64,000 nucleotides of DNA, from the NCBI GenBank assembly GCA_964633865.1, contig CAZWIJ010000007.1, positions 20,711 through 84,710 of the forward strand, written 5' to 3'. Each line of letters starts with the position of its first letter. The first letter of the stretch is position 1. This document shows, piece by piece, positions 51,572 to 61,778 of the stretch. A program made the position numbers and the translations under genes. The stretch comes from an uncultured Candidatus Saccharibacteria bacterium (GTDB lineage Bacteria > Patescibacteriota > Minisyncoccia > SW-4-49-11). Below the pieces are notes generated by a model. It saw only the letters and a program-made list of their open reading frames with translations. It did not search any database and had not been told where the DNA came from.

Positions 51572-51878
51572 AAAGAAATACTTCTTTGATATAAAGAACA
51601 ATCTAAAGAAATTAGAGGCAAGATGTAATTATTCTAGTTTATCCAGGCTTAATGTTGGTGATGAAATTGAATTTCAATACCAACAAGAAGTTTGTGTAAA
51701 AATTATAAAAGATATCCGTATCTATCATTCAATTGAAGATATGTTAAATAAAGAGAATATAACAAGTCTTTTACCAGGTGTTAACTCCCTTATAGATGCT
51801 TTAAAAATTTATAGTTCAATATATTCAGAAATGAAAGTTAAGAAAAATGGAGGAATGATTGTATTTGAACTTGTTTAG
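51549..51878 (+). CDS. ASCH (PUA-like) domain protein. Start placed at the internal Met (MKKILGIKKKYF).
   Basis: An ASCH-like GIKKKYFFDIKNNLKKLEAR core; it overlaps the GNAT stop by 23 nt. Confidence 0.45.
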   Translation: MKKILGIKKKYFFDIKNNLKKLEARCNYSSLSRLNVGDEIEFQYQQEVCVKIIKDIRIYHSIEDMLNKENITSLLPGVNSLIDALKIYSSIYSEMKVKKNGGMIVFELV

Positions 51879-51951
51879 GATTTAAAAATTTGTTATAATA
51901 GCTGTAGAGATTGAATCAAATCTCTATTTTTATTTAAATATTAAATAATAT

Positions 51952-52290
51952 ATGAAAAAAATTGAATTTAATGTAAAGGAACCATATTTAAATTTCATTA
52001 AATTAGGAAAGAAGACAATTGAAGGGAGATTAAATAAAGGAAAATTCAAGGACATACAAATAGGAGATATACTAATTCTTTCAGATGGTTCTAAAATGGA
52101 ATTTATTGTTATAGGTAAAAGGTCATATTCCTCTTTTTCAGAAATGTTAATTAAAGAAAATATAAAAAATATTATTCCAGACAAGAATGATTTAGAAGAA
52201 GCCACACAAGTTTATTATAAGTTTTATACTCCCGAGCAAGAAAATAAATTTGGTGTTGTAGCTATAGAGATAAAATTAAAGGAAATATAA
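51952..52290 (+). CDS. ASCH domain protein (second, tandem).
   Basis: MKKIEFNVKEPYLNFIKLGKKTIEGRLNKGK...IGDILIL, the canonical ASCH N-terminal pattern. Confidence 0.5.
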   Translation: MKKIEFNVKEPYLNFIKLGKKTIEGRLNKGKFKDIQIGDILILSDGSKMEFIVIGKRSYSSFSEMLIKENIKNIIPDKNDLEEATQVYYKFYTPEQENKFGVVAIEIKLKEI

Positions 52291-52316
52291 TATTACCTTA
52301 ATTAAATATACTGTTT

Positions 52317-53834
52317 TTAACTCTTTTCTCTATATTGCAAAGCTTCAGCTATATGATTTACTTTGATATCAGGATTTTCTTCTAAATCTGCTATTGTACG
52401 AGCTAATTTTAGAATTCTATTATAGGCTCTTGCAGATAAATTCATTTTAGTAATAGCATTTTTGATTAATTTCTCAGAAGGTTCGTCTAGGATACAAATC
52501 TTTTGAATTTGTTTTACATTCATTTCACTGTTGGTCTTGATTTTATAATTTTTGAATCTTTCTCTCTGAATTTCTCTGGCTTTTTCTACACGATTTCTGA
52601 TTTGAATTGAAGGTTCTTCATTTATTTCTTTAGACATTAATTCTTCTGTTTTAACCTTTTCTATTTGAATAATCATATCAATTCTATCAAGTAGAGGACC
52701 AGAAATTTTTTGCTGATATTTGATTATCTGATTTTGGGAACAAGTACACTCTTTGTCTGGGTCTGTTGCATATCCACATGGGCAAGGATTTTGGCTTGCA
52801 ATAAGCATAAAGTCAGCTGGGAATGTGATAGAACCTTGAGCTCTTGACACAGTTACAATCCGGTCTTCTAATGGTTGTCTTAAACTTTCTAAAACAAATC
52901 TAGGGAATTCTGGGAATTCATCCAAAAATAAAACACCTCTATGAGCCAAACTAATTTCTCCTGGTTTGGGGTAAGAACCTCCACCAATAAGAGAAGTTGA
53001 AGAGGCTGTATGATGAGGTGAGCGGAATGGGCGAGTGGTAATAAGTGGATTTTCAGCATTCAATTTGCCTGAAATACTGTAGATTTTAGAAACATCAAGA
53101 ATTTCTTCTCTGTCCATTGCAGGTAAAATAGTTGTGAGAGTTCTTGATAAAAGAGTTTTCCCTGCTCCAGGTGGCCCTGTCATCAAAACATTATGTCCAC
53201 CGGATGCAGCTATCTCTAGAGCTCTTTTTGCTAATTTCTGGCCTTTGATATTTGACATATCTATATCATTTGGAAGATATGATGATTTTATTTCAAAAGG
53301 TTTGGTAGGAGATATAATAAATTTTTTATTTGGATTAAAATGATCAATAATTTCTTGAATATTTCTTACTCCTAAAATTTCTATCCCATCTACCAATGAA
53401 GCTTCATTATCATTATCAATAGGGATAATTATTTTGGGTATGCCTATATTTTTAGCATAAATTGTGATAGGTAATACACCTTGTATAGCTCTAATATCAC
53501 CATTTAGTCCAATTTCACCTAAGATGATATAGTCCTGATGATCAAATTCAATCTCATTAAGAGCTTTCATAATAGCCATTGCCATCGGTAAATCATAACC
53601 TGTTCCAATTTTTTTTACTTCGGCTGGTGCTAGATTTAGAATAAACCTTTTTTGGGGAAGAGATATACCAGAATTCTTAAGCCCAATACGGATTCTTTCT
53701 TTGGATTCATTAACAGCAGTATCAGGCAGTCCAACAATAGTTATTCCAGGAAGACCCTGACTAGTATCTACTTCTATCTGAATTAGTTGCCCTTCTAGTC
53801 CATAAATTGTTGCAGACTGTACGACTGATAACAT
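52317..53834 (-). CDS. comM: YifB/ComM family Mg-chelatase-like AAA+ ATPase.
   Basis: N-terminal MLSVVQSATIYGLEG...VEVD, Walker A GPPGAGKT and a C-terminal ChlI domain. Confidence 0.9.
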   Translation of the reverse strand: MLSVVQSATIYGLEGQLIQIEVDTSQGLPGITIVGLPDTAVNESKERIRIGLKNSGISLPQKRFILNLAPAEVKKIGTGYDLPMAMAIMKALNEIEFDHQDYIILGEIGLNGDIRAIQGVLPITIYAKNIGIPKIIIPIDNDNEASLVDGIEILGVRNIQEIIDHFNPNKKFIISPTKPFEIKSSYLPNDIDMSNIKGQKLAKRALEIAASGGHNVLMTGPPGAGKTLLSRTLTTILPAMDREEILDVSKIYSISGKLNAENPLITTRPFRSPHHTASSTSLIGGGSYPKPGEISLAHRGVLFLDEFPEFPRFVLESLRQPLEDRIVTVSRAQGSITFPADFMLIASQNPCPCGYATDPDKECTCSQNQIIKYQQKISGPLLDRIDMIIQIEKVKTEELMSKEINEEPSIQIRNRVEKAREIQRERFKNYKIKTNSEMNVKQIQKICILDEPSEKLIKNAITKMNLSARAYNRILKLARTIADLEENPDIKVNHIAEALQYREKS

Positions 53835-54050
53835 ATATTTAAACTTAATTTTATAAGTATTTTATCATAATTTTAGTTTTTTGTAAAAAAAAGAGGGTGG
53901 TTGGAAAAGGACTAGATGTTTTTGGATACTTGATAAATACTAGAAAAACCTTATTAAAAGTGGTATGATGGATATAATGTAAAGTTAGTTTTTAAAGAAG
54001 GGAAATATGGATAATAAAATTATAAAACAACTGATTGAAAGAGTAAATAT

Positions 54051-55154
54051 ATGATAAATAAAACATATTTTGATTTAACTAATCCAGAAAACAATATTCT
54101 TGATCTTTTAATAAGACAAAAAGATAATTTTGATTGCAATATAATTGATAAACAAGGTTTAGTTTACGAAGGGTTTAAATTAGCTAAAAGCGAACAAGGG
54201 AATAATTTTACAGTTTGTGATATAAGCTTTAAACAATCAACAACAGATCAAAAGTATCAGGCAAGATTAGTTTTTCGCAAAACTGATAAAAACTTTAAAG
54301 ATAGAAATGTTAGTAAAGGTAGTGATTTTGTAAGAATACCCTTTGATATAGGACAAAATGGATATAGAGAATTTTGGAAGATGATCTCCTTTCTTTACAA
54401 ATGGAAAGAAACGATTGATTTAGGTGAATTCGACGATTTTTTTGCTATAACAGAAAAAAGTTTAGCTGATATTTTGCCCCAAATATCAAGTTTAAGTAAT
54501 AAAGAGCTTGTTTTAACTAATCTTAAAAAATTGACTAAAGAAAATTTAGATAATATTGATAATTTAGTAAATATAACAAAACTAAAAAATGTACTTAATG
54601 AGTTCATATAAAATAAAGAAAACAATCAAGAAATTGAATTTTGGCAACCATTTTTAAAAAAATATTTTTGGATAATTCAACAGATTTTTTCTTCTCCTGT
54701 AAATTTATACGATAATGAGTTTTATGTTGGTGGGTTATCTCAAGGGAATAGAAAAGGTGGTAAATTTGTTGATTTTGTAGTAAGAGATATAATATCAAAA
54801 AACATTTCTATTATTGAAATAAAAACTCCTAAAAAGCAATTGGTATCAAAGATTGAATATGATAAAAGAAAAGGTATTTATTCAATGCATAAGGATTTAA
54901 TAGGTGCAATTTCTCAGGTATTAAATCAAAAAGACCAAATACAGAAGGATTTTAAATATGATAATAATGGAAAAGATTATATAGTACTTGATCCAAAATG
55001 TATTTTAATTATAGGAAATAAAGAAGAAATGAATGAAGATCAAAATTCATGTTTTGAATTATTTAGAAAAAATCAAAAGAATATTGATATTATTACTTTT
55101 GACGAACTTTTCAAAAGGATTGAATCTATTTTAGAAATATTTAAGAATGAGTAA
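54051..55154 (+). pseudogene. Shedu-like (DUF4263, PD-(D/E)xK nuclease) defense gene interrupted by a single in-frame TAA at 54609..54611.
   Basis: ORFs 54051..54611 and 54840..55154 share a frame and the 228 nt between them are stop-free. Read-through gives ...EFWQPFLKKYFWIIQQIF...GGKFVDFVVRDIISKNISIIEIKTPKK... (a D...EIK nuclease core) and a C-terminal ...IDIITFDELF. The family assignment is from memory of DUF4263. Confidence 0.45.
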
Positions 55155-55175
55155 TTATATCAACTATCAAATATT

Positions 55176-55451
55176 ATGAAAACCCAACTTATGGAACAAG
55201 AACCTATGAAAAAATACTCAACAATTAGCAATTTTCCAGGTAAAAAACGGAGTATTAGAACTTATTCCAAAATGGAACTAGTTCAAAATGAATCAGGAAG
55301 AATCATAAAAAGACAAGTAGATTATTATAATCTTGATATGCTTATTTCTGTTGGATATAGAATAAGTTCTCTAAAAGGTACAAAACTCCGTAAATAGGCA
55401 ATCCAAATTCTAAAAGAGTATATTACAAAAGGGTTTACCATTCTTCAATAA
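55176..55451 (+). pseudogene. RhuM-family (virulence protein RhuM-like) N-terminal remnant, truncated with an in-frame TAG at 55395.
   Basis: ...KRSIRTY..ELVQNESGRIIKRQVDYYNLDMLISVGYRISS.KGT.LRK*AIQILKEYITKGFTILQ* matches the RhuM hallmark (YYNLD.IISVGYRV.S...FR.WAT.ILKEY..KGF). Full-length RhuM is ~330 aa. Confidence 0.55.
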
Positions 55452-55703
55452 AAACAACAACAGATACTTTAAGAAAGAATATGAACTAATAACAAAAGAA
55501 TAAGGGTTTTAGATGCTTTTTTAATCACCAATAACCCCTATTCTACAAAAATATATTAATCTCTTAATATCAAACTATTAAATCTTGCAATAGAACTTTT
55601 TATTTAAAGGTGATAACATTATATATATAACTTGTGAAAGATATTGGAATATCACATCTTATAGTGTTAATTCTAATTATAAGCAATAATAAAATTTATC
55701 ACT

Positions 55704-55970
55704 ATGAAAGAATATAAATTTTGCCAAAGTTGTGGCTACCCTCTAGATCAAGATAAAAAGGGGGGAGGAACAGAAAAAGATGGTTCTAAAAGTAAAAAAT
55801 ACTGTTCTATGTGTTATCTAAATGGAGAGTTCTTAAGTCCATCAGAAGTTGATACTGCTGAGAAGATGCAGAAATTTTGTATACAAGAGATGAAAAAAGA
55901 TGGTATGAACGGTATTTTGGCATGGGTATTAACCCGTTCCATTCCAAAACTTGAGCGATGGAAAAAATAA
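55704..55970 (+). CDS. Small zinc-ribbon protein (CxxC...CxxC).
   Basis: CQSCGYPL...CSMCYLNGEF. Confidence 0.45.
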   Translation: MKEYKFCQSCGYPLDQDKKGGGTEKDGSKSKKYCSMCYLNGEFLSPSEVDTAEKMQKFCIQEMKKDGMNGILAWVLTRSIPKLERWKK

Positions 55971-56000
55971 TATTTATAATGGAATAAAGAGACTAAGTAT

Positions 56001-56414
56001 ATGCTAAAAACAATTACAATCTGTGGTTCAATGAAGTTTTTCAATGAAATCAAATAACTAAAGATGCATTTGGAAAGTTTAGGATTTGAAGTACTAATTC
56101 CCTCCGAAGAAGGTACTGAAATTGATTATACAAAGCTAACTAAAGCAGAGCAATCAGATCTAAAACAAAATTTTATTGATCAACATATTGATAAAATTAA
56201 AAAGTCAGATGCTATTTTGTTAGCTAATTATCCAAAGAACAATGTGCAAAATTATATAGGAGCAAATACTTTTTTAGAAATGGCATTTGCTTATATATTA
56301 AGAAAACCAATTTTTATTCTGAATAATATTCCTGAGCAATCCAATACAGTTGAGATTGAAGGGTTAAAACCAATTGTTCTAAATGGTGACCTGAATTATC
56401 TCACTCAGTTATAA
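56001..56414 (+). pseudogene. Nucleoside 2-deoxyribosyltransferase-like (NDT-fold) gene interrupted by an in-frame TAA at 56055..56057.
   Basis: MLKTITICGSMKFFNEIK*TKMHLESLGFEV... in one frame. The ICGSM N-terminal motif and ...IGANTFLEMAFAY (catalytic Glu context) are typical of the NDT-like family. Confidence 0.45.
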
Positions 56415-56500
56415 TAAATCTGGTATAAAAGGAAGTTATTTTGTTTTTAAAAAAATAGTTAGAAATAACCTGAAAAAGATGAGAAACATCTAGAACAAAG

Positions 56501-56612
56501 TTGACAATCAATATATTCTTAAATATAATATAAAAGTAAACATTTGAGGGAAATTTTATGAAATTTACTACATGGTGCTAAGATAACAAATTTCAATAAG
56601 GAGGTAATAATA
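56501..56612 (+). ncRNA. Tiny transcription unit: consensus promoter, a 7-codon micro-ORF (MKFTTWC) and a terminator.
   Basis: TTGACA (56501..56506), 17-nt spacer, TATAAT (56524..56529). RBS GAGGG, ATG at 56558 and TAA at 56579. Hairpin AAGGAG-N10-CTCCTT plus T7 at about 56595..56628. Confidence 0.3.
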
Positions 56613-56618
56613 TCTCCT

Positions 56619-57755
56619 TTATTTTTTTATTCTCAAATTTGTCACTAAATTACCCATAAAAATAAAGAAGAACATTCCAGATAAAATACCACCTATAATA
56701 TCTAGGTAAGGGACTGTTTCCATTAATAAGAATAAAGTATATATTCCAAGTGCCATCAAATAGATTTGGATCTTAGCTACTCCTAGCTTTAGTTTTATAT
56801 TTAATAAGTTAGATAAATATAGTGAGGTTATACTCTGAGATATAAATAAGATTATTAGATATAAAGCTAAAATTATTGCTCCTAGAGGGAATCCTAAAAT
56901 TGTTACCATCAAAGATATAGAAACAACAGGAATTAATATTATCAAAAAGAATCCTAAAAAGAAATTTTCTATATATTTTGTATTTGAATTTAGAGATTCT
57001 AGATTCTTTTCAATTTTTTTAGTAAACAATAAGTGTAATACTATTATTATTGTAGAAGCCCAAATAATTCTTAATACTAACAATCCTGAGATATTTAGTA
57101 AATTATTTTTTTCAGGTTCAAGTTCTTTTATTTTTAAACTATTATCTAGTGTTAAGTTAGATTCTAAATTAGTAGGTATTTGAGAATTTTCTGCCCAATA
57201 TTTTGTTCCTTTATTTATATTAGCATTATCAGATATTTCCAAGTTAGCTGATACAAGTTGGTTGTTTTCTCCATTTAAATTTCCATTTACAATTATATTC
57301 TCAGCTTTTAGATTTGTATTCCCTAAAATTGTCCCATCTATATTTATATTTTTAGCATAGATTAATGTATCTCCAGTAATTTCTGCATCATTTTCTATTG
57401 TGATTGTTTCTCCAAATATTATGGTTTCTCCATTGATTTTACTTGAGATTTTTATATCTTGCCCTGCAATTCTTAAATCTTCACCAATATTGGCATTGGT
57501 CTCTATAAATTGTCCAGCTAAATTTATGTCTTTTGTAATTTCTCCCTTGACATCAATATATTGTCCAGCTATAAATAAATCTCCATTAACTTTTGTATCA
57601 AAATCTATTTTTTCTCCTGCCAAATAAGTATTTCCTTCTATATCATCATTTATCTTAAATTCTTCGTCAGCTTTGAAAAAAGAAGCATAAGTTATATTAA
57701 TTCCAAGCATAAAAATTAATAAAGTGGCAATGATTTTATAAGTATAAGTTTTCAT
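56619..57755 (-). CDS. Bactofilin-domain (polymer-forming cytoskeletal, DUF583-like) protein with an N-terminal signal/TM segment and C-terminal TM region.
   Basis: Repeated beta-helix units (GDLFIAGQYIDVKGEI / INLAGQFIETNANIGEDLRIAGQDIKISSKINGETII). Confidence 0.55.
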   Translation of the reverse strand: MKTYTYKIIATLLIFMLGINITYASFFKADEEFKINDDIEGNTYLAGEKIDFDTKVNGDLFIAGQYIDVKGEITKDINLAGQFIETNANIGEDLRIAGQDIKISSKINGETIIFGETITIENDAEITGDTLIYAKNINIDGTILGNTNLKAENIIVNGNLNGENNQLVSANLEISDNANINKGTKYWAENSQIPTNLESNLTLDNSLKIKELEPEKNNLLNISGLLVLRIIWASTIIIVLHLLFTKKIEKNLESLNSNTKYIENFFLGFFLIILIPVVSISLMVTILGFPLGAIILALYLIILFISQSITSLYLSNLLNIKLKLGVAKIQIYLMALGIYTLFLLMETVPYLDIIGGILSGMFFFIFMGNLVTNLRIKK

Positions 57756-57845
57756 AAAAATATTTCTTTAAATTAGTTATTATTATATATCATATCATAA
57801 AATAAAAACAGAGTATACTTTTTATACCCTGTTTTTACTTAAAAT

Positions 57846-59006
57846 TTATCTTGCTAAAGGATTTTTTGCTCCTCTTACTTCAAAGTGAAGGTGACAACCT
57901 GTAGATCTTCCTGTAGTTCCCATAAGTCCAATTAACTGACCTTTTTCAACTGAATCTCCTGTCTGAGAAATTCTACTGCTTAAATGAGCATATAATGTTA
58001 CAACACCATTTGGATGTTTAACTTTTATATAGCTACCATATCCACCGTTCCATCCGTCTTGAGATGATTCTACTACTCCACTTGCAGATGCATATATTGC
58101 TGTACCACAAGAGTTAGAAATATCTACTCCATTAGTAGAGTGAATAACCCCATAATTTCTACCAGTTGTAGGATAACCAAAGTATCCATCAGTCTCTGGA
58201 ACAGATACTATTTTAGGAGAAATCTGTTTTGATGCAATATTAACTTTTGGGGGAGCTTTATAAAATGGATTTTCATTATCAGGAATTTTTGCTTCAGGTA
58301 TAATAATTTTAGTATTATTATTTATTGTTTCTGTATTGATATTATTGAATGTTATAATATCTTCAGTTTTCACAGAATATTTTTGAGCAGAACTATTTAG
58401 ATCTTCATTACTATTTATAGTGATTTGCAATCCATTTACTGGAAGTATAGTTAAAGAAGTTTTAACCTCAACTGTATCTAAATTTTTAAGATTATTATTA
58501 AGAGCAATTGTTTCTTTAGATATACCAAATCTTTCTGAAATAGATTGAAGAGTATCTCCTTGTTGAACTATATAAGTTCTCACAACTTTTTTAGAATCAC
58601 TATTACTCACTTGTGGTGAATTTGCAGTTTGTATAAAATTGTAATTTTCACTTAAGTTATTCTCTTGTAAATTATCAAAAGAACTTTCATCGGATGGGTT
58701 CCCAAGAACTCCTTGTATCATACCTATGGACTCTAGGGATGCCTCTATAGGTCCACCTAGACTTTTTTCATATACTAAAGATGGATTAAAAGGGTATTTT
58801 CCAGCATAGACTATATTACTAAACAAAACTGTTAGAACTAGTATTGTTAGATATATCCAACTGACTTTAGATTTTGCAGGGTATATTAATTTTTTTATAA
58901 TCCATTTAGTATTTATATGAAAATTTTTAAAGGGATTTATATGGTTGTTAATAAAATTTTTAATTAAAAGATAAATACTCATAGGATATAAGAAGGACAT
59001 AAACAA
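57846..59006 (-). CDS. LysM-domain M23 family peptidoglycan metalloendopeptidase.
   Basis: LysM YIVQQGDTLQSISERFGIS and M23 motifs HxxxD, HLHFEV. Confidence 0.85.
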   Translation of the reverse strand: MFMSFLYPMSIYLLIKNFINNHINPFKNFHINTKWIIKKLIYPAKSKVSWIYLTILVLTVLFSNIVYAGKYPFNPSLVYEKSLGGPIEASLESIGMIQGVLGNPSDESSFDNLQENNLSENYNFIQTANSPQVSNSDSKKVVRTYIVQQGDTLQSISERFGISKETIALNNNLKNLDTVEVKTSLTILPVNGLQITINSNEDLNSSAQKYSVKTEDIITFNNINTETINNNTKIIIPEAKIPDNENPFYKAPPKVNIASKQISPKIVSVPETDGYFGYPTTGRNYGVIHSTNGVDISNSCGTAIYASASGVVESSQDGWNGGYGSYIKVKHPNGVVTLYAHLSSRISQTGDSVEKGQLIGLMGTTGRSTGCHLHFEVRGAKNPLAR

Positions 59007-59230
59007 TCATTATCTTATATCATAAACAAATATCCTAAACATTTTTAAATTACAATAATAATATACTATTTAGACGATATTTTGTCAAGTTTTTCTTTGT
59101 TTTTCTTTTCTTTAAGCCAAAATATAAAATAACTTGTATTTTTGTTGTGGATAAGTACAACCTTTGGATTTTAATTTTAAAAATTAAAAAGCTAGCTTAA
59201 TTTATAGCTAGCTTTTAATGATATTAAGAT

Positions 59231-59431
59231 TTAGTCTTTTAAATGTAAAATATTATAGGTTAATTTTTTAAAATTATCAGATAAACATTTTTCACAAATT
59301 GGTTCCCATGGATCAAGAAAAACTACTTTTTCTGAGTTAATTTTACATAATAAACATTTCTCGTTAGATCCATACCCCCTAATAATATAAGTTTTATATG
59401 ATTTTATTGACGATAAGGTACTTATGCTCAT
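59231..59431 (-). CDS. Small 4-Cys zinc-ribbon protein (66 aa).
   Basis: CLLC...CEKC. Confidence 0.35.
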   Translation of the reverse strand: MSISTLSSIKSYKTYIIRGYGSNEKCLLCKINSEKVVFLDPWEPICEKCLSDNFKKLTYNILHLKD

Positions 59432-59602
59432 ATTTATATTGTGATTTAATCACTAATGAAAGACAATAATTAGGATAATATAAAAAATCTATTATGTCAG
59501 TATTAATTGTCATAAAAATCAATATTTATCAAAAACTATATTTAGATTTTGATAAACTTAGCATATATAAAAGATTTTCTTGTGGTGAAAATAGTTATCA
59601 AC

Positions 59603-59641
59603 ATACTATATATAGTATAAAATCTAGATTGGTGCTATAAT
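59603..59641 (+). promoter_or_regulatory. Candidate NrdR box overlapping the nrdD promoter (extended -10).
   Basis: atACTATATATAGTat (59603..59618) has a perfect 12-bp palindromic core versus the NrdR consensus acaCwAtATaTwGtgt. TGcTATAAT extended -10 at 59633..59641. Confidence 0.4.
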
Positions 59642-59687
59642 ATCTTTGTATGTGATAATATACCTTGTAATAATAATTTATATATTT

Positions 59688-61778
59688 ATGTATAATAAAA
59701 TCATTAAAAGAAATAATCAGATAGTAGCTTTTGATCTAAATAAAATTACAAATGCTATATATAAAGCAGGAAAAGAAACTAAAGAATTAAATAAGAGACA
59801 AGCAGAAAAATTAGCTGAACAAGTTATCAAAAGAGCAGAATTAGAAATAAAATCAGATATTCCCAAAGTAGAAGAAATTCAGGATATAGTAGAAAATGTA
59901 TTTCTTGACTCAAAATTTAAAAAAACAGCCAAAGCATATATACTTTATAGAGATCAACATAAACAATTAAGAGAAATAACAAAATCTATTCATAATGGAT
60001 TAATTGAACAATATCTTCACAAAAAAGATTGGCAAGTCAAAGAAAATAGTAATATGGCATATTCTTTGCAAGGATTGAATAATTATATTGCAAGTGAAGT
60101 GAGTAAAAGTTATTGGTTAAATAAAATTTATTCAGGAAAGATAAGAGAAGCTCATATTGAAGGAGATTTTCATATTCATGATATGAATTTACTTTCTGTA
60201 TATTGTGTTGGTTGGGATTTGATGGATTTATTGATGCAGGGATTTACTGGAGTTGAAGGTAAGATAGAGAGTAAACCAGCTAAACATTTTCGTTCGGCTT
60301 TAGGACAAATTGTGAATTTCTTTTATACTTTGCAGGGTGAAGCAGCTGGAGCTCAAGCTTTTAGTAATTTTGATACATTGCTAGCTCCTTTTATCTATTA
60401 TGATAAATTATCTTATGCTGAGGTAAAACAAGCTATGCAAGAATTTGTTTTTAATGTTAATGTTCCGACTAGAGTAGGATTTCAAACTCCTTTTACCAAT
60501 ATTACCCTAGATTTGACAGTTCCAAAATATTATAGTAAGCAATCAGTTATTGTTGGAGGGAAACCGCAAGATAAGGTTTATGGAGATTTTCAAGAAGAGC
60601 TTAATATTTTGAATAAAGCATTTTTGGAAGTCATGTCAGAAGGAGATGCTAGAGGTAGAGTTTTTACCTTTCCGATTCCAACTTACAATATAACTAAAGA
60701 CTTTGATTGGAATAACCCTGTAATCGCTAATTTATGGACAGCTACGGGTAGATATGGGTTGCCTTATTTCTCTAATTTTATTAATTCAGATATGAATCCA
60801 GAAGATGCTCGCTCTATGTGTTGTCGTCTTAGAATAGATAATAAACAATTAGAAAGAAGAGGAGGAGGTCTTTTTGGGGCAAATCCTCTTACTGGTTCGG
60901 TTGGGGTGGTTACAATTAATTTGCCAAGAATTGGTCTTGAATCTAAGAATAAAAAAGATTTTATCAAAAGATTAGAAGATTTGATACAGAAAGCTAAAGA
61001 TAGTCTAGAGATTAAAAGAAAATTATTAGAAAATCTTACAGAAACTGGATTATATCCTTATACTAGTTTTTATTTAAGGAAAATTAAAGATGAATATGGA
61101 TCTTATTGGAAAAATCATTTTTCTACAATTGGTCTTATTGGAATGAATGAAGCTATTGCTAATTTATATCAAGAAGAAAATGTTACAACTAAAAAAGGTC
61201 AGAAATTTGCTTTGGAAATTATGGATTATATGAAAAAAAGAATTACAGAATTTCAAATTGAAACTGGTAATCTGTATAATCTAGAAGCGACTCCAGCAGA
61301 AGGTACAACTTATAGATTGGCATTGCTAGATCAAAAAAAATATCCAAAAGCAATTTTTGCTAATGGTGTTGGAATGGAAGTTAAATCTCCTTTTTATACT
61401 AATTCTAGTCATTTACCGGTTAATTATACAGAAGATATCTTTGAGGCTTTGGATTTACAAGATGAACTTCAGACCAAATATACTGGAGGAACGGTCTTAC
61501 ATTTCTTTTTAGGTGAGCAAATAACAGATGCTAGTAGTATAAAAAATTTGGTTAAGAAAATTTGTGAAAATTATAAATTACCATATTTTACTTTGGCTCC
61601 AACTTTCAGTGTTTGCCCGGAGCATGGATATATTGACGGAGAAGTGGAAGAATGTAGTGTATGTCACAATAGGTGTGAAATTTATTCTAGAACGGTAGGA
61701 TATTTGCGACCAGTGAGTCAGTGGAATGATGGAAAGCAAGCAGAGTTTGGTATTAGAAAAATGTATAAAAATATATGA
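59688..61778 (+). CDS. nrdD: Anaerobic ribonucleoside-triphosphate reductase (class III). Start placed at the internal Met preceding the ATP-cone.
   Basis: ATP-cone IIKRNNQIVAFDLNKITNAI, C-terminal Zn-ribbon CPEHGY...CSVCHN and glycyl-radical motif RTVGYLRP. Confidence 0.93.
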   Translation: MYNKIIKRNNQIVAFDLNKITNAIYKAGKETKELNKRQAEKLAEQVIKRAELEIKSDIPKVEEIQDIVENVFLDSKFKKTAKAYILYRDQHKQLREITKSIHNGLIEQYLHKKDWQVKENSNMAYSLQGLNNYIASEVSKSYWLNKIYSGKIREAHIEGDFHIHDMNLLSVYCVGWDLMDLLMQGFTGVEGKIESKPAKHFRSALGQIVNFFYTLQGEAAGAQAFSNFDTLLAPFIYYDKLSYAEVKQAMQEFVFNVNVPTRVGFQTPFTNITLDLTVPKYYSKQSVIVGGKPQDKVYGDFQEELNILNKAFLEVMSEGDARGRVFTFPIPTYNITKDFDWNNPVIANLWTATGRYGLPYFSNFINSDMNPEDARSMCCRLRIDNKQLERRGGGLFGANPLTGSVGVVTINLPRIGLESKNKKDFIKRLEDLIQKAKDSLEIKRKLLENLTETGLYPYTSFYLRKIKDEYGSYWKNHFSTIGLIGMNEAIANLYQEENVTTKKGQKFALEIMDYMKKRITEFQIETGNLYNLEATPAEGTTYRLALLDQKKYPKAIFANGVGMEVKSPFYTNSSHLPVNYTEDIFEALDLQDELQTKYTGGTVLHFFLGEQITDASSIKNLVKKICENYKLPYFTLAPTFSVCPEHGYIDGEVEECSVCHNRCEIYSRTVGYLRPVSQWNDGKQAEFGIRKMYKNI

